The translations under genes were made by a program, and so were the position numbers. From positions 1-46,126 of IMG/VR virus record IMGVR_UViG_3300022936_000192: a stretch of 46,126 nt of DNA. One strand, given 5' to 3'. This DNA is from a virus (taxonomy: Duplodnaviria; Caudoviricetes). Positions 1 to 9,255 of the stretch are shown piece by piece. Below the pieces are notes generated by a model. The model had not been told where the DNA came from. It searched no databases and worked only from the letters and a program-made list of their open reading frames with translations. Positions within the stretch are counted from its first letter, which is position 1. Every line of letters begins with the position of its first letter.

Positions 1-1134
1 ATGGGCTCTATCTCGATTCGCAAGCGTAAAGACGGCTCGACGGCGTACCACGCGCAAGTCCGCATCATGCAGCAAGGAGTGACAGTTTATCAGGAAACCC
101 AGACTTTCGACCGCAAGACGGCGGCGCAGAACTGGGTGAAGAAAATTGAGACGGAGATGGCCACACCTGGGGCTATCGCCAAGTCGAAGCGGGAAGGCGT
201 GACGGTCAAGGAAATGATCGATCGCTATCTGCTGGAATACGAAAAGTTGCGGCCACTTGGCAAGACCAAGCGCGCCACACTGAAAGCTCTCGGCGAGACC
301 TGGCTGGGCAAGCTGATGGACAAAGAGATCACCAGCCAGAAGATCGTCGAGTACGCGAACGACCGAATGCAAAAAGATGGCATTCAGGCGCAGACGGTCG
401 GCAATGACCTGGCTCACTTCGGTGCGGTCCTGTCTGTTGCTCGTCCTGCGTGGGGTTTCGACATCGACCCGATGGCAATGCCGGATGCCCGCCGAGTACT
501 GCGCAAGATGGGCGCCGTCACTCGCAGCAAGGAGCGCAACCGCCGGCCTACCCTCGAAGAGCTCGACGCCATCCTGAAATACTTCGGCGAGATGCGTGAC
601 CGCCGCAAGCAGGAAATCGACATGGTGCGCGTTACAGCCTTCGCCTTGTTCTCGACTCGCCGCCAAGAAGAGATAACGCGCATCCGCTGGGACACGATGG
701 ACGAAGCGCGCCAGTCGGTATTGATCACCGATATGAAGAACCCCGGCCAGAAGTACGGCAACGACGTGTGGTGTCATGTTCCGGATGAGGCGTGGCGCAT
801 CCTCAAATCCATGCCAAAGATTGAAGACGAGGTATTCCCGTACAACTCCCGGTCGGTGTCAGCCTCGTTCACCCGGGCTTGCAACTTCCTTGAAATTGAC
901 GACCTGCATTTTCATGACCTGCGCCATGACGGCGTGAGTCGGTTATTCGAAATGGGGTGGGATATCCCGAAAGTCGCCTCTGTATCTGGCCACCGGGATT
1001 GGAATTCGATGAGGCGCTACACGCACCTGAGAGGAAATGGCGACCCATACAAGGATTGGCCATGGCTGGAAGAGATAATAGCGGGCCCCAAGATTGAGGC
1101 CCGGAAGCGTATCAAGAAACGCGGCGCAGCTTAG
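1..1134 (+). CDS. int: Tyrosine recombinase/integrase, probably dusA-associated integrase family
   Basis: Catalytic residues visible: R (STRRQEEI), K (DMK), HDLRH, GH, Y (RRYTH). N-terminal arm-binding-like segment. dusA remnant at the far end of the element. Confidence 0.93.
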   Translation: MGSISIRKRKDGSTAYHAQVRIMQQGVTVYQETQTFDRKTAAQNWVKKIETEMATPGAIAKSKREGVTVKEMIDRYLLEYEKLRPLGKTKRATLKALGETWLGKLMDKEITSQKIVEYANDRMQKDGIQAQTVGNDLAHFGAVLSVARPAWGFDIDPMAMPDARRVLRKMGAVTRSKERNRRPTLEELDAILKYFGEMRDRRKQEIDMVRVTAFALFSTRRQEEITRIRWDTMDEARQSVLITDMKNPGQKYGNDVWCHVPDEAWRILKSMPKIEDEVFPYNSRSVSASFTRACNFLEIDDLHFHDLRHDGVSRLFEMGWDIPKVASVSGHRDWNSMRRYTHLRGNGDPYKDWPWLEEIIAGPKIEARKRIKKRGAA

Positions 1135-1396
1135 CTCGGCCCATGAGCTTTTCATGCTCGGTGCGCGCCTGCCCGTGTTGAGCGTCGAGGTATGCGGCCA
1201 AATCGTTGAGATGAACGCCGCGGGCCGCCTTCTGGCTGCTCTCCATGCGAACCAGCGGCAGGTCAATCTCACCCGCGGCGACCTTCATCTTCATTTTATC
1301 CGGCGTGAGGTGGCTGAAATAATCGGCGCACACCCGCTCAAGCGGAATGATAGCCTGGCCGCTGTACTGCGCCATCAGTAGAAATGCTGTGTTCAT
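1112..1396 (-). CDS. PrtN (pyocin activator)-family DNA-binding protein, probable excisionase/RDF
   Basis: MNTAFLLMAQY...IPLERVCADYF...KAARGVHLNDLAAYLD is typical of the PrtN family. Convergent with, and overlapping, the int 3' end. Confidence 0.8.
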   Translation of the reverse strand: MNTAFLLMAQYSGQAIIPLERVCADYFSHLTPDKMKMKVAAGEIDLPLVRMESSQKAARGVHLNDLAAYLDAQHGQARTEHEKLMGRAKLRRVS

Positions 1397-1418
1397 AATG
1401 ATGCTCTCAAGGAATTTT

Positions 1419-1937
1419 ATGGAAACCTCTAAGCGCTGGGCCGAGGTAGGACGAATAGCCGGGAAGACAGAGCCGAAGCTGTCTCAGGTTCTGTTTGGCC
1501 TTGGCAGGCAGGACGTTAAGATCCGCGCGGAAGAGCAGATGATTCAGTCGGAGCTTTTGGATGGGCTGCCCAGCCAGCATTTGGCTTTGCAGATAATTGA
1601 TCACGCGACTGTTTCGTATATGTGGGTGATGGCGCTTTATGAGGTCGTCCGGACCCTGCATCAGCGTCTAAGGGCGGTTAGCCCCGATACCGCGGCTAAG
1701 GTTGCCGTTGCAAAAAGAGAGTTCGAGCGCATTCGCATTCCAATGGCAAAGCTGGAGGCGGCGAGTAGGTTTCCGGAAGACTCTCCATTCGCTTGGCCGT
1801 CCATGGATAGATTGAAAGGGATGTCCTGGTACCTGTCAGGGGAGCTGATGATTTCCCGGGCAGAACTTGCGGAACTATTCCTATCTACTGTCGAGAGCTG
1901 CGATGCTGCCCCACCATCACCGGCAGGCTGTATATAG
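1419..1937 (+). CDS. Hypothetical accessory (moron-like) protein, opposite strand to the early operon
   Basis: AAGGA RBS before ATG 1419; 172-aa ORF fills the gap between two minus-strand genes. Confidence 0.65.
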   Translation: METSKRWAEVGRIAGKTEPKLSQVLFGLGRQDVKIRAEEQMIQSELLDGLPSQHLALQIIDHATVSYMWVMALYEVVRTLHQRLRAVSPDTAAKVAVAKREFERIRIPMAKLEAASRFPEDSPFAWPSMDRLKGMSWYLSGELMISRAELAELFLSTVESCDAAPPSPAGCI

Positions 1938-1950
1938 AAGAAGGGAAGGG

Positions 1951-2097
1951 TTAGCGCCGCTTGAATTCGGTGCAGCGGACGATGATCGTCTTCGCGTCCC
2001 GAGCAATGGCCGGCATGGTGCTGAAGGGGAGGTGGCTGCAATTGCGGTGAGCGTGAGTGCAAGACATGCACATGCCGCCTTTGGGCTGGTGGGTCAT
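1951..2097 (-). CDS. Small Cys-rich hypothetical phage protein
   Basis: MTHQPKGGMCMSC...C...C. AAGGTG RBS; coupled to the upstream gene. Confidence 0.6.
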   Translation of the reverse strand: MTHQPKGGMCMSCTHAHRNCSHLPFSTMPAIARDAKTIIVRCTEFKRR

Positions 2098-2243
2098 GGC
2101 TTCACCTTTATTTCGCATTCGTCGCACCGATACACGACATGAGGTACAAGCGGCCCGAACAGCCAGAAGCGCTTGACCATGACGTTGTTCGGCCAGAGAG
2201 CGCCGAACTCGCCACATCTAGGACACACGCCAAATCTCTTCAT
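2094..2243 (-). CDS. Small Zn-ribbon hypothetical protein
   Basis: CPRCG...CDEC; ATGA overlap with the upstream gene. Confidence 0.55.
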   Translation of the reverse strand: MKRFGVCPRCGEFGALWPNNVMVKRFWLFGPLVPHVVYRCDECEIKVKP

Positions 2244-2698
2244 GACCCCGCCCCCTGTTCGTCTGTGGCTGGCGCTGGCTCGTTGCAGTATTTGCACGCA
2301 CCACCCAAGAAGTAATGCAGTGTCCTGCCGCACTTCGCTCTGTGGTCTTCTGTGGCTGGCGCGGACTGGGCGAGCCACGTGCTCACACCGTCTCGCCATT
2401 TATCCATGTCGGCCTGTTCCGGATAAAGCAGGCCAAGCAGCAAGCCTACATCGGATAGCAATCGCTCAGCTTCGGAATTCCGCGCCTCGCTGGCGTTGAG
2501 CTTTATCTGTAGGTCGTCTCGCTCGTCACGCATCATCCCGAAGCACAGCAGAACTTCGCTGTGCCGCTTATTTGCTTCATCCCGCTCATTCGACACGTCG
2601 GCCAGTTGTTGGCGCAATTCGTGCTCGGTGCTCGGATATGCGGCATCGCGAACAGCCTCGCGCGCCAATATGGCCGCCTTGCATTGTTCATGAGTCAT
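2240..2698 (-). CDS. Hypothetical phage protein (coiled coil, C-terminal Cys motif)
   Basis: AAGGGA RBS; stop/start overlaps on both sides. Confidence 0.65.
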   Translation of the reverse strand: MTHEQCKAAILAREAVRDAAYPSTEHELRQQLADVSNERDEANKRHSEVLLCFGMMRDERDDLQIKLNASEARNSEAERLLSDVGLLLGLLYPEQADMDKWRDGVSTWLAQSAPATEDHRAKCGRTLHYFLGGACKYCNEPAPATDEQGAGS

Positions 2699-2853
2699 TT
2701 CGATTCCCTTGCATAAATGGCCTTGCGCTTCTTCGAGCAGGCGGTGTGATTGCCGACGGTTCGCATCAGGCCACACACATCACATTTTGTTTTGTGCGTG
2801 AACCATGGCGATGGGATAGGGATGTCTGAGGTGCTGCGGCTGTGGCCGATCAT
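2695..2853 (-). CDS. Small Zn-binding hypothetical protein
   Basis: CDVCG...NHTACS motif; ATGA coupling. Confidence 0.55.
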   Translation of the reverse strand: MIGHSRSTSDIPIPSPWFTHKTKCDVCGLMRTVGNHTACSKKRKAIYARESK

Positions 2854-3050
2854 GCTGCTTTCCCGGCGTTTCGAATGTCGTCGATCACCGACTGCACGCC
2901 ATCCGCAAAGCTCGGCGGCCGTCCGGTCAATCCGCGCTCCAGGCAAGCGATCAGCTCGCGGTTGAGGTCGCCTTTGTTTACCAGTTCGGCAACGTGCCGG
3001 ATTGTCTCAACGGCCCATTCGCGGCCATCCCGTTCAAGTATTTTGCACAT
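2850..3050 (-). CDS. Hypothetical phage protein
   Basis: AAGGAG RBS; coupled to the downstream gene. Confidence 0.65.
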   Translation of the reverse strand: MCKILERDGREWAVETIRHVAELVNKGDLNRELIACLERGLTGRPPSFADGVQSVIDDIRNAGKAA

Positions 3051-3134
3051 GGGTACTCCTTCAGCCGCAGTGGGGCCGGGGCTGGCGTGATTCGAATAAG
3101 TGGGGTATTACGGGTGACCGGCATGGAGCCGGGT

Positions 3135-3491
3135 CTATCGCGCAAAGTCGGCCATTTCGTCGAGGGCTTCTTGAATCTTTTCGAATGCCTCTCCGGCCTC
3201 AAGATTCTTATAGTCCTTGAGTAAGTCATAGGCGCGCTGTATGCATTCCTGCATATCATCAGCGGCTCCGCTGTCGTTTTGCGCATCCTCAAGTTGCGAT
3301 TCAAGATCCTCGATCTCACCCTTGAGGATATTTATCTCGCCGAGATACGTTCCTCGGTATTCAACAGAGCGCCGCGCCATTTCTTGCTGGGCATCCTCGT
3401 CGATGCCTGCGTAATGGATCAGCTCATCATCACTTAACGCTCGCACGGGAAGGCCCATGGCTTGCTCCTGGGGGATAGGGTTTTTCGTCAC
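3135..3491 (-). CDS. Hypothetical acidic coiled-coil protein
   Basis: ORF in operon orientation; start uncertain. Confidence 0.6.
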   Translation of the reverse strand: MTKNPIPQEQAMGLPVRALSDDELIHYAGIDEDAQQEMARRSVEYRGTYLGEINILKGEIEDLESQLEDAQNDSGAADDMQECIQRAYDLLKDYKNLEAGEAFEKIQEALDEMADFAR

Positions 3492-3500
3492 GGCTGCGCG

Positions 3501-3752
3501 TCACGCAGTGCGCGTTAGCGTTTCAAGCTGGTCATCTGGGAGTCGGTCAGAGCCGATAATTAGGCGGGAAATCAAATCCTGCTCTTCCGTGATCTTTAGG
3601 CGTGACATGGTTCGTATCAGTGCAGCGTCTTCGCCGTGATAAAGCTTCGTGACAATCTGCCGTGACAGCAATCTGGCCTCGCGCTCTTCGGCGCTCAACT
3701 TGTCACGCTCGCGCTTTTCTTGCTGTCGTTGCTTTGCGCTTACAGCCATCAC
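3501..3752 (-). CDS. Hypothetical phage protein
   Basis: SAKQRQQEKRERDK N-terminus typical of small prophage early proteins; coupled to the upstream gene. Confidence 0.65.
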   Translation of the reverse strand: MMAVSAKQRQQEKRERDKLSAEEREARLLSRQIVTKLYHGEDAALIRTMSRLKITEEQDLISRLIIGSDRLPDDQLETLTRTA

Positions 3753-4036
3753 CGCTTCCTCCGTTTCTTGGTAATGCCCCGCCCGTGTGCCGTCCAGCCA
3801 GCGCCGCGCACCAGGTCGCCGACATCAGCAATCAGTGCTTCAACCCGCTCGTTTACCAGTGGCACCAGGTCGAACATCAGCGCGCTCGGCACCGTCAGGC
3901 TGTGTATCGTCTTCTCGCCGTTGGGCAGCATCAGCCAAACCGACACATCCCAGCGTACCGGCTTCGATGGCCTGGTTCCCTTCGGCATCGTGTGACCCCC
4001 GGTCGGGCCAATGGTATGGATAACTGACATGGTCAT
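3749..4036 (-). CDS. Hypothetical phage protein
   Basis: ORF in operon orientation, overlapping the next start. Confidence 0.6.
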   Translation of the reverse strand: MTMSVIHTIGPTGGHTMPKGTRPSKPVRWDVSVWLMLPNGEKTIHSLTVPSALMFDLVPLVNERVEALIADVGDLVRGAGWTAHGRGITKKRRKR

Positions 4037-4108
4037 TGGTTAGCCCGCTCGCAGGTATGTGGAGTTGTTCGGCCCGCCTGTTGCGACGGACCTTTGCTGA
4101 CAGCCGCC

Positions 4109-4792
4109 TCATCTCGGGATCGTCGGATAGTCGATGCCGTACGTTTCGATAATTCGCCACAGCTTCTTTTGGTTGAGCCCCATTTGCCTGGCGCAAGTGG
4201 TGCGAGGGATGCCCAGGTCGCGGAAGGATTTGATCCGAGGAATCAGCTTTCGATCTTCTTCTTCGTCAACTGCTTTCGGCAGAGTGATGGAGTGCTCACT
4301 CGCGATTCGACGCAAGCGGACCGGGGAGAAGCCGAATTCTCGAATTACTTGGCTTTGGCTGGCTCCCTCGGCGAAACGCCGCTTTATATCCGGCACAATC
4401 AGCGCCTCAGCAGCCTGCCTTTGTTCATGCTGCGAGACCTTCTTCTGAACGGCAAACACAATCCCGTATTCCGCCGCGATATGCCCCAGGCGCTTGGCGC
4501 TGATCCCAATATCGGCCGAAGCCCGCTTCAATCCGAGGTCTACATAGGCCCTCAACCGATCTGCAGTGCTCCGCTCAAGCTCCAGCGCTTCCCGGGCCTT
4601 GCGTTCGTGCTCGGCAGAGCTGGCCTTGTACCCGTAGGCGATCGTTTCGTTATTGAAGGGCAGGGACACGCCGCGGGTGATGCTCAGTTCGTGGATGACG
4701 CCGCCGCGCCGCAAGAATGCATCCGTCGCATCGGCCAAGCGCGCAGAAGCTGCACTGTTGTGCCGAACCATACTCAGATCCAGGCTGATCAT
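4109..4792 (-). CDS. Hypothetical protein with tandem HTH-like repeats
   Basis: Three helix-turn-helix-like segments (ASADIGISAKRLGHIA; QVIREFGFSPVRLRRIA; TCARQMGLNQKKLWRII). Confidence 0.7.
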   Translation of the reverse strand: MISLDLSMVRHNSAASARLADATDAFLRRGGVIHELSITRGVSLPFNNETIAYGYKASSAEHERKAREALELERSTADRLRAYVDLGLKRASADIGISAKRLGHIAAEYGIVFAVQKKVSQHEQRQAAEALIVPDIKRRFAEGASQSQVIREFGFSPVRLRRIASEHSITLPKAVDEEEDRKLIPRIKSFRDLGIPRTTCARQMGLNQKKLWRIIETYGIDYPTIPR

Positions 4793-4981
4793 TTAAGCCA
4801 CCCTGAACAGTTGTGACTTGAGCCCTTCCACTTGGCGCTCAAGGTTACGGATGGTCTTTTCGCCGCGCTCACGGTCTTGGCCGATCCATTTATGTGAAGC
4901 TGCGTAGAGCCGATTCAGGTTTTCGCGCAGATGGTGAAGGTGTGTCTGGCGGTTCTGTTGGACGATGAGGGTGGTGGTCAT
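4793..4981 (-). CDS. Hypothetical phage protein
   Basis: Abuts ssb and the next gene; GGAG RBS. Confidence 0.6.
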   Translation of the reverse strand: MTTTLIVQQNRQTHLHHLRENLNRLYAASHKWIGQDRERGEKTIRNLERQVEGLKSQLFRVA

Positions 4982-4983
4982 AG

Positions 4984-5496
4984 TCAGGCTCCGGCAAGGT
5001 AGGGCACAGGAATAAAGGGAATATCGTCATCAAAGCTGTCAGGCGGCGCGCCTTGCTGATTCTGCTGAGGTGCTGCCTGCTGCGCCCGAGGTGCTGGCTG
5101 CTGTCGTGCCGCCCCAGCCTGCGGGTGAGCCTGTCGCTGCTGCCCGTCTTGCGGCTTACCGCCCAGCAACTGCATCGTGCCCTGCATATCCACCACGATT
5201 TCCGTGGTGTAGCGCTTGATACCGTCCTTCTCCCATTCGCGGGTTTGCAGCTTACCTTCGATGTAGACCTGGGAGCCTTTGCGCAGGTATTCCCCGGCAA
5301 TCTCGGCGACTTTGCCGAACAGCGACACTCGGTGCCATTCGGTTTTCTCGACCTTCTGGCCCGACGTTTTGTCGGTCCATTGCTCGCTGGTGGCCAGACT
5401 GAGGTTGGTGACCGCGTTTCCGTTTGGCAAATACCGCACTTCTGGGTCCTGGCCGCATGTACCCACCAAAATGACTTTGTTAACTCCGCGAGACAT
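4984..5496 (-). CDS. ssb: Single-stranded DNA-binding protein
   Basis: [26 protein letters not shown], acidic tail DDDIPF. Confidence 0.97.
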   Translation of the reverse strand: MSRGVNKVILVGTCGQDPEVRYLPNGNAVTNLSLATSEQWTDKTSGQKVEKTEWHRVSLFGKVAEIAGEYLRKGSQVYIEGKLQTREWEKDGIKRYTTEIVVDMQGTMQLLGGKPQDGQQRQAHPQAGAARQQPAPRAQQAAPQQNQQGAPPDSFDDDIPFIPVPYLAGA

Positions 5497-5504
5497 AGAT
5501 ACTC

Positions 5505-6068
5505 CTACTTGATTCGGATGGATGAGTCGCCGCGCTCAAGGTGAGCCCACGACGGTTCTGGTTTCAGTTTGGAGGCAACGTCCTCGCCGGCGTCGATGCG
5601 CTTCTGCACCTCGGCGTTGTGGTCGCGGATTTCTTTGAGCTGGGCGGCGATGGCCTTCTTGTCGGGCGCAATTGAGGTGGACACGGACATCAGGTCGTCC
5701 GGCACCTCGTCTTCGTTGTCGACGATGACCTTTTCTGGCGCAATGGCCAGGGTGATGGTGAAAAGCGGCCGCTTGATCGACGTGATGTTGGCCGCCTGCA
5801 TATTCCGGCGCAGGTAGTCGGTGATCTGGCCGATGCTGTTCTTCTTTATTCGCTTCAGTTCATTCAGGCGCTCGACCTCCTTGTCGATCGCGCTCACGTC
5901 GCCCTCGATGTTTCGACGCAGCATGACGATGCTCTCGGCCTTCACTGCGAATTCACCCTGGATGGCGTCCATGGTGTCCTGCAGTGCCAGCTTCAAACCT
6001 TCATCATCCGAATCGGCCATGGCCTCAAGCTCAGCCATCTGCCCGGTCAACTTGTAGAGCTGAGTCAT
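5505..6068 (-). CDS. Siphovirus Gp157-family protein
   Basis: LYKLT N-terminus, coiled coil, PDKKAI motif, SIRIK C-terminus; sits in the recombination module. Confidence 0.85.
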   Translation of the reverse strand: MTQLYKLTGQMAELEAMADSDDEGLKLALQDTMDAIQGEFAVKAESIVMLRRNIEGDVSAIDKEVERLNELKRIKKNSIGQITDYLRRNMQAANITSIKRPLFTITLAIAPEKVIVDNEDEVPDDLMSVSTSIAPDKKAIAAQLKEIRDHNAEVQKRIDAGEDVASKLKPEPSWAHLERGDSSIRIK

Positions 6069-6802
6069 GACGCTTTCTCCTGAGGCTCACCGGCGATACG
6101 GGTGCGTTGCTTTTCCAGCTCAATTGCGATGCGATCCGCGCCTTTCTTGTCGTTTCGCAGGGTGAGCTTGCGGACTGCCGAGTCGTGGATCTTCTTCAGC
6201 TCGCCAATCGAGAGAGCCTTACCCATCGTTTCGATCGTCGATCTGATGAATTCCAGGCGCTCGTCTTGCTGACGCTGCTTCTCGGCCTCCTGGTCCTCCG
6301 CCTGCTCAATCTTCACCTCGTCGCGGCGCTGCTCTACGTATTCGCGGTCCTCAAAGAGGCCGAGGAACACATCAGCACTGAAGCCGAGCATTGACAGGGA
6401 CTTCTTGATTGCGTCGGTTAGCGACTTCTTGGGGGCCTCACCGTCGGTGGTGGTGCCGTACTTGCTCTTGTAGAGATATGGCGTGCACCCGTACTGCTCG
6501 AACTCGCCGCGCTGGCCGTCCTGCTTGATCCAAAACAGGATCTTGACCGTGTGATTCAGTTCGTGACCCAGGCTGATTCGCTTATCACCTTCGCCACTGA
6601 ATATCTCCGCACCCTTGTCGAAGCGCTCCTCCAGCACCGACCAGCCAAACCCGATGCCAGCAGGGCCGAAAACTTCGGTGGCCTTCATGATCATTGCCGT
6701 GCCGTTCAAGCTGGTGATCTGCTGGCCGCCGACCTTGGCGTCTTTCGTGTAGCGGGTGTCGGTCTTTTCGACCTGGCTCCAGATGTTCATGTTCGTTGTC
6801 AT
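6065..6802 (-). CDS. Rad52/Sak-like single-strand annealing recombinase
   Basis: ATEVFGPAGIGFGW and APKKSLTDAIKKSLSMLG motifs; adjacent to Gp157 and SSB. Confidence 0.7.
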   Translation of the reverse strand: MTTNMNIWSQVEKTDTRYTKDAKVGGQQITSLNGTAMIMKATEVFGPAGIGFGWSVLEERFDKGAEIFSGEGDKRISLGHELNHTVKILFWIKQDGQRGEFEQYGCTPYLYKSKYGTTTDGEAPKKSLTDAIKKSLSMLGFSADVFLGLFEDREYVEQRRDEVKIEQAEDQEAEKQRQQDERLEFIRSTIETMGKALSIGELKKIHDSAVRKLTLRNDKKGADRIAIELEKQRTRIAGEPQEKAS

Positions 6803-6814
6803 GATCTTCCCCAA

Positions 6815-7123
6815 TTAAAGTCCGGTACGTGCGCCGTCAGATTTCTGCGGCCAGAAGTCGAAGGCGAATGCAGAAAGCGCCATGTGCATCTGGTTGGCCT
6901 GCTCGCGACCCGGCTTGCGTAGCTCGTCCTGAAGGAAGCACCACTGCATCTCTCCGAACCCGTAGGCATGAGGCGATTCGGTCTGGATTCGGGAGGCCAG
7001 AGCCTCAAAGAAGTCAGCCTGTTGTTGGGTATCCATGCTCCAAAACGCCTTAGCGAGCACATCCGGGGTGATTTGGACTGGGAAGCCTTCTGCAACAACT
7101 ACTTCGACTGTTGTGTTTTGCAT
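6815..7123 (-). CDS. Hypothetical phage protein
   Basis: AAGGA RBS; operon orientation. Confidence 0.65.
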   Translation of the reverse strand: MQNTTVEVVVAEGFPVQITPDVLAKAFWSMDTQQQADFFEALASRIQTESPHAYGFGEMQWCFLQDELRKPGREQANQMHMALSAFAFDFWPQKSDGARTGL

Positions 7124-7175
7124 GGCGAACGATTCCTTGCCGCGCTATACGCAGCCTTGAAAGTTGAATGAGGGG

Positions 7176-7295
7176 TTACAGAGGGGCGATGCGATCAGCC
7201 AAGCACAAGGCGAGCATCAAGACGGTGAACGCAAAGAGGACTGGGAACCTGCCTCGCCAAAATATGAATCGGCGTCGGTGCTGATTAGCAGTCAT
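7176..7295 (-). CDS. 39-aa hypothetical membrane peptide (MTANQHRRRFIFWRGRFPVLFAFTVLMLALCLADRIAPL)
   Basis: Read manually (below the ORF track cut-off). ATGA-coupled to the upstream ORF; one hydrophobic helix. Confidence 0.55.
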   Translation of the reverse strand: MTANQHRRRFIFWRGRFPVLFAFTVLMLALCLADRIAPL

Positions 7296-7471
7296 CCCCA
7301 GCCCGCAATCGGTCGGCGTTTGAGCCAGTCCGCTTTGATCGGGTAGGGCAGATCGGCAACCCGCATGCCGCGAGGAGGAGAGAATGTGCCGCGCACGATG
7401 GCTGGAGGGGTTCTCGCCTCCAGCTCTTCGACTTGCTCATCTATCAATGATTTAACCGGTGCTGTGCTCAT
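7292..7471 (-). CDS. 59-aa hypothetical protein (MSTAPVKSLIDEQVEE...)
   Basis: Read manually; coupled on both sides. Confidence 0.6.
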   Translation of the reverse strand: MSTAPVKSLIDEQVEELEARTPPAIVRGTFSPPRGMRVADLPYPIKADWLKRRPIAGWG

Positions 7472-7683
7472 GAATCCATTCCTCTCAACTGTTCAACCCG
7501 GTCTGCACAAGTGCGCTCAACACGATCCCGATAGCGGTCCGCCTCGGCCTTGTCGAGAAGATGCACGAACTGGGCGATTTCGATCATGCCCATGACAAAG
7601 CTCATGTCCGGGGCGGGGGAGGAAGATCGCGCTATTTTGGCGACCTCCATTTCGATGAAGGCGACGGCAGGATCCATGCTCAC
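7468..7683 (-). CDS. Hypothetical phage protein
   Basis: ORF coupled to neighbours. Confidence 0.65.
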   Translation of the reverse strand: MSMDPAVAFIEMEVAKIARSSSPAPDMSFVMGMIEIAQFVHLLDKAEADRYRDRVERTCADRVEQLRGMDS

Positions 7684-8069
7684 AACGCATCCTCAGCTAC
7701 AGCAATTGCCCCAGCCTTCGCATACGGTGCGAGCAGCGCGACTGCGATCTGGCGTATAGCCTCATCAGGATCAGCGCAGTTCAGGGCCTCACCGGCAGCA
7801 CTTGCGGCGTCCGCTGTAGCCTTGCGACGAGCCAGCAAGACCAGCCGCCCGAGAACCGAAGGACTCACACCGGTATCACCAAGCTGCTCCATGGCGAACT
7901 CATCGACCGCCACGGCGAACCGTTCGTAGGTCACGCCACGCTCAACGTCAGCGCCCATCAGCAACTGCTCAACGCCGTTGGCTACCCATTCCCGCTCAGC
8001 CGTGTCGTCTATCTCAACCGGGAGGCGATTGTCATATTCGAACTGTGCCAATTTGATTGCTGCGTTCAT
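7680..8069 (-). CDS. Hypothetical phage protein
   Basis: GGAGG RBS before ATG 8069. Confidence 0.7.
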   Translation of the reverse strand: MNAAIKLAQFEYDNRLPVEIDDTAEREWVANGVEQLLMGADVERGVTYERFAVAVDEFAMEQLGDTGVSPSVLGRLVLLARRKATADAASAAGEALNCADPDEAIRQIAVALLAPYAKAGAIAVAEDAL

Positions 8070-8089
8070 CGTCGCCTCCAGAGGCTGGG

Positions 8090-8281
8090 TTATTCGATCA
8101 GTTTGAAAAAGTCGATTTCGTCGACGGGATAGGCGCCGCTCACGGCGCCGTAGAACCAGCGCTTGCGGCCGGGCTCTGAGCACTCATGACATTCCTGCTC
8201 GACGCCATCAAGAATCATCAGGTAGCGAGCGCCCGGCTTTTCAGGTGGAAGTTCGCTTGTTGGTATCCATTCGCTCATCAC
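8090..8281 (-). CDS. Hypothetical protein (DUF551-like N-terminus MSEWIPTSELPP)
   Basis: GAGG RBS; motif resemblance. Confidence 0.55.
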   Translation of the reverse strand: MMSEWIPTSELPPEKPGARYLMILDGVEQECHECSEPGRKRWFYGAVSGAYPVDEIDFFKLIE

Positions 8282-8376
8282 TCAATCCTCATCGTTCAAA
8301 TGCAATCGGCTGGAAACATCACTCAGCTGTATTCCGCAAAGGAGCCGGCTGTTTCCATGCGATTAAATTCGGGGCA

Positions 8377-8400
8377 ATAAAAACCCGGCGTTAACCGGGT
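8377..8400 (-). terminator. Rho-independent terminator in the leftward operon
   Basis: ACCCGG-gttaac-CCGGGT stem with an adjacent T-run on the minus strand. Confidence 0.55.
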
Positions 8401-8620
8401 CCGCAGATACAGGGCTCACTCACATTTAGGTGGCTGCCGGGGGAGGGGGTTTAGTAAGAGCTCATTTGCGTATCTCCTGTCGCTCGCTCACTGGGCAGGC
8501 AGTGGCCACCTATGGAATCCGCATCGCACAACACCCTCACCCCGTCGGGCTGCCTGGAGATTGGCTGAAGGTGCTCCGCTGATGCTTGGTTGATGATCGG
8601 TACTCTTGCCCATAGGGCGG

Positions 8621-8860
8621 TTATGCGGTGGCTTCCGGCAGCTTCTTCCACCACGAATGGTTGAATGCAAGCATCGCCAGCTCGGGCGATTTCCCGAAGC
8701 CCGCAACACCGTCCTGCAGGTTGTCGCCGTACAGAGCGCACCACTGGTCACCATCTATAAACAAGCGAGGCCGGTACACGACGCAAGGTTCCGTCATCAC
8801 CTCGTTCCAGTGCCGGTAAGCTTGAGCGGCGACTTCGTTGATGTAGGCTTGATCACTCAT
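8621..8860 (-). CDS. Hypothetical phage protein
   Basis: GGAG RBS; DGDQWCALYGDNLQDGVAGFGKSPELA motif recurrent in phage proteins. Confidence 0.7.
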   Translation of the reverse strand: MSDQAYINEVAAQAYRHWNEVMTEPCVVYRPRLFIDGDQWCALYGDNLQDGVAGFGKSPELAMLAFNHSWWKKLPEATA

Positions 8861-8890
8861 TGTCTTGCTCCGTTGCGTTGATGGGGTGGG

Positions 8891-9193
8891 TTAGGTGCGC
8901 GGCGGCCGGGGAAGGGCCTGCCAGTGCGTCACCTCGTCGCCCACGGTGTCGATGAGGGGTACGAAATATTCGCTGAAGTCGTCATGTGTCTGCTCCAGAT
9001 GCCAGCCGTTGAATGGCACGCCATCCTCGGGGTCATCTTCACAATCTCTGTTGAGCAGCTTCTCGTTCAGCCATTCAGCCGCGAACACATAGGTTTTGCC
9101 GTTATGCGCACGCTTCACCGCCACCAGGAACGTGGTGTCTGTATCAGCAGGCGTCCTCGGCAGACGCTCGCTGCATTTAATCCACTTCGCCAT
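8891..9193 (-). CDS. DUF551-family protein
   Basis: KWIKCSERLP...VTHWQALPRPP signature. Confidence 0.85.
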   Translation of the reverse strand: MAKWIKCSERLPRTPADTDTTFLVAVKRAHNGKTYVFAAEWLNEKLLNRDCEDDPEDGVPFNGWHLEQTHDDFSEYFVPLIDTVGDEVTHWQALPRPPRT

Positions 9194-9255
9194 CTTCTAT
9201 CTCCCATCCCAGTCATTTACCTCAGAGCCCGGTATAGGGGTGAGGGGGTGTGGTG

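Noticed and set aside
1929-1944. CTGTATATAG possible third SOS box
   Set aside because: Lacks the closing CAG at the required spacing.
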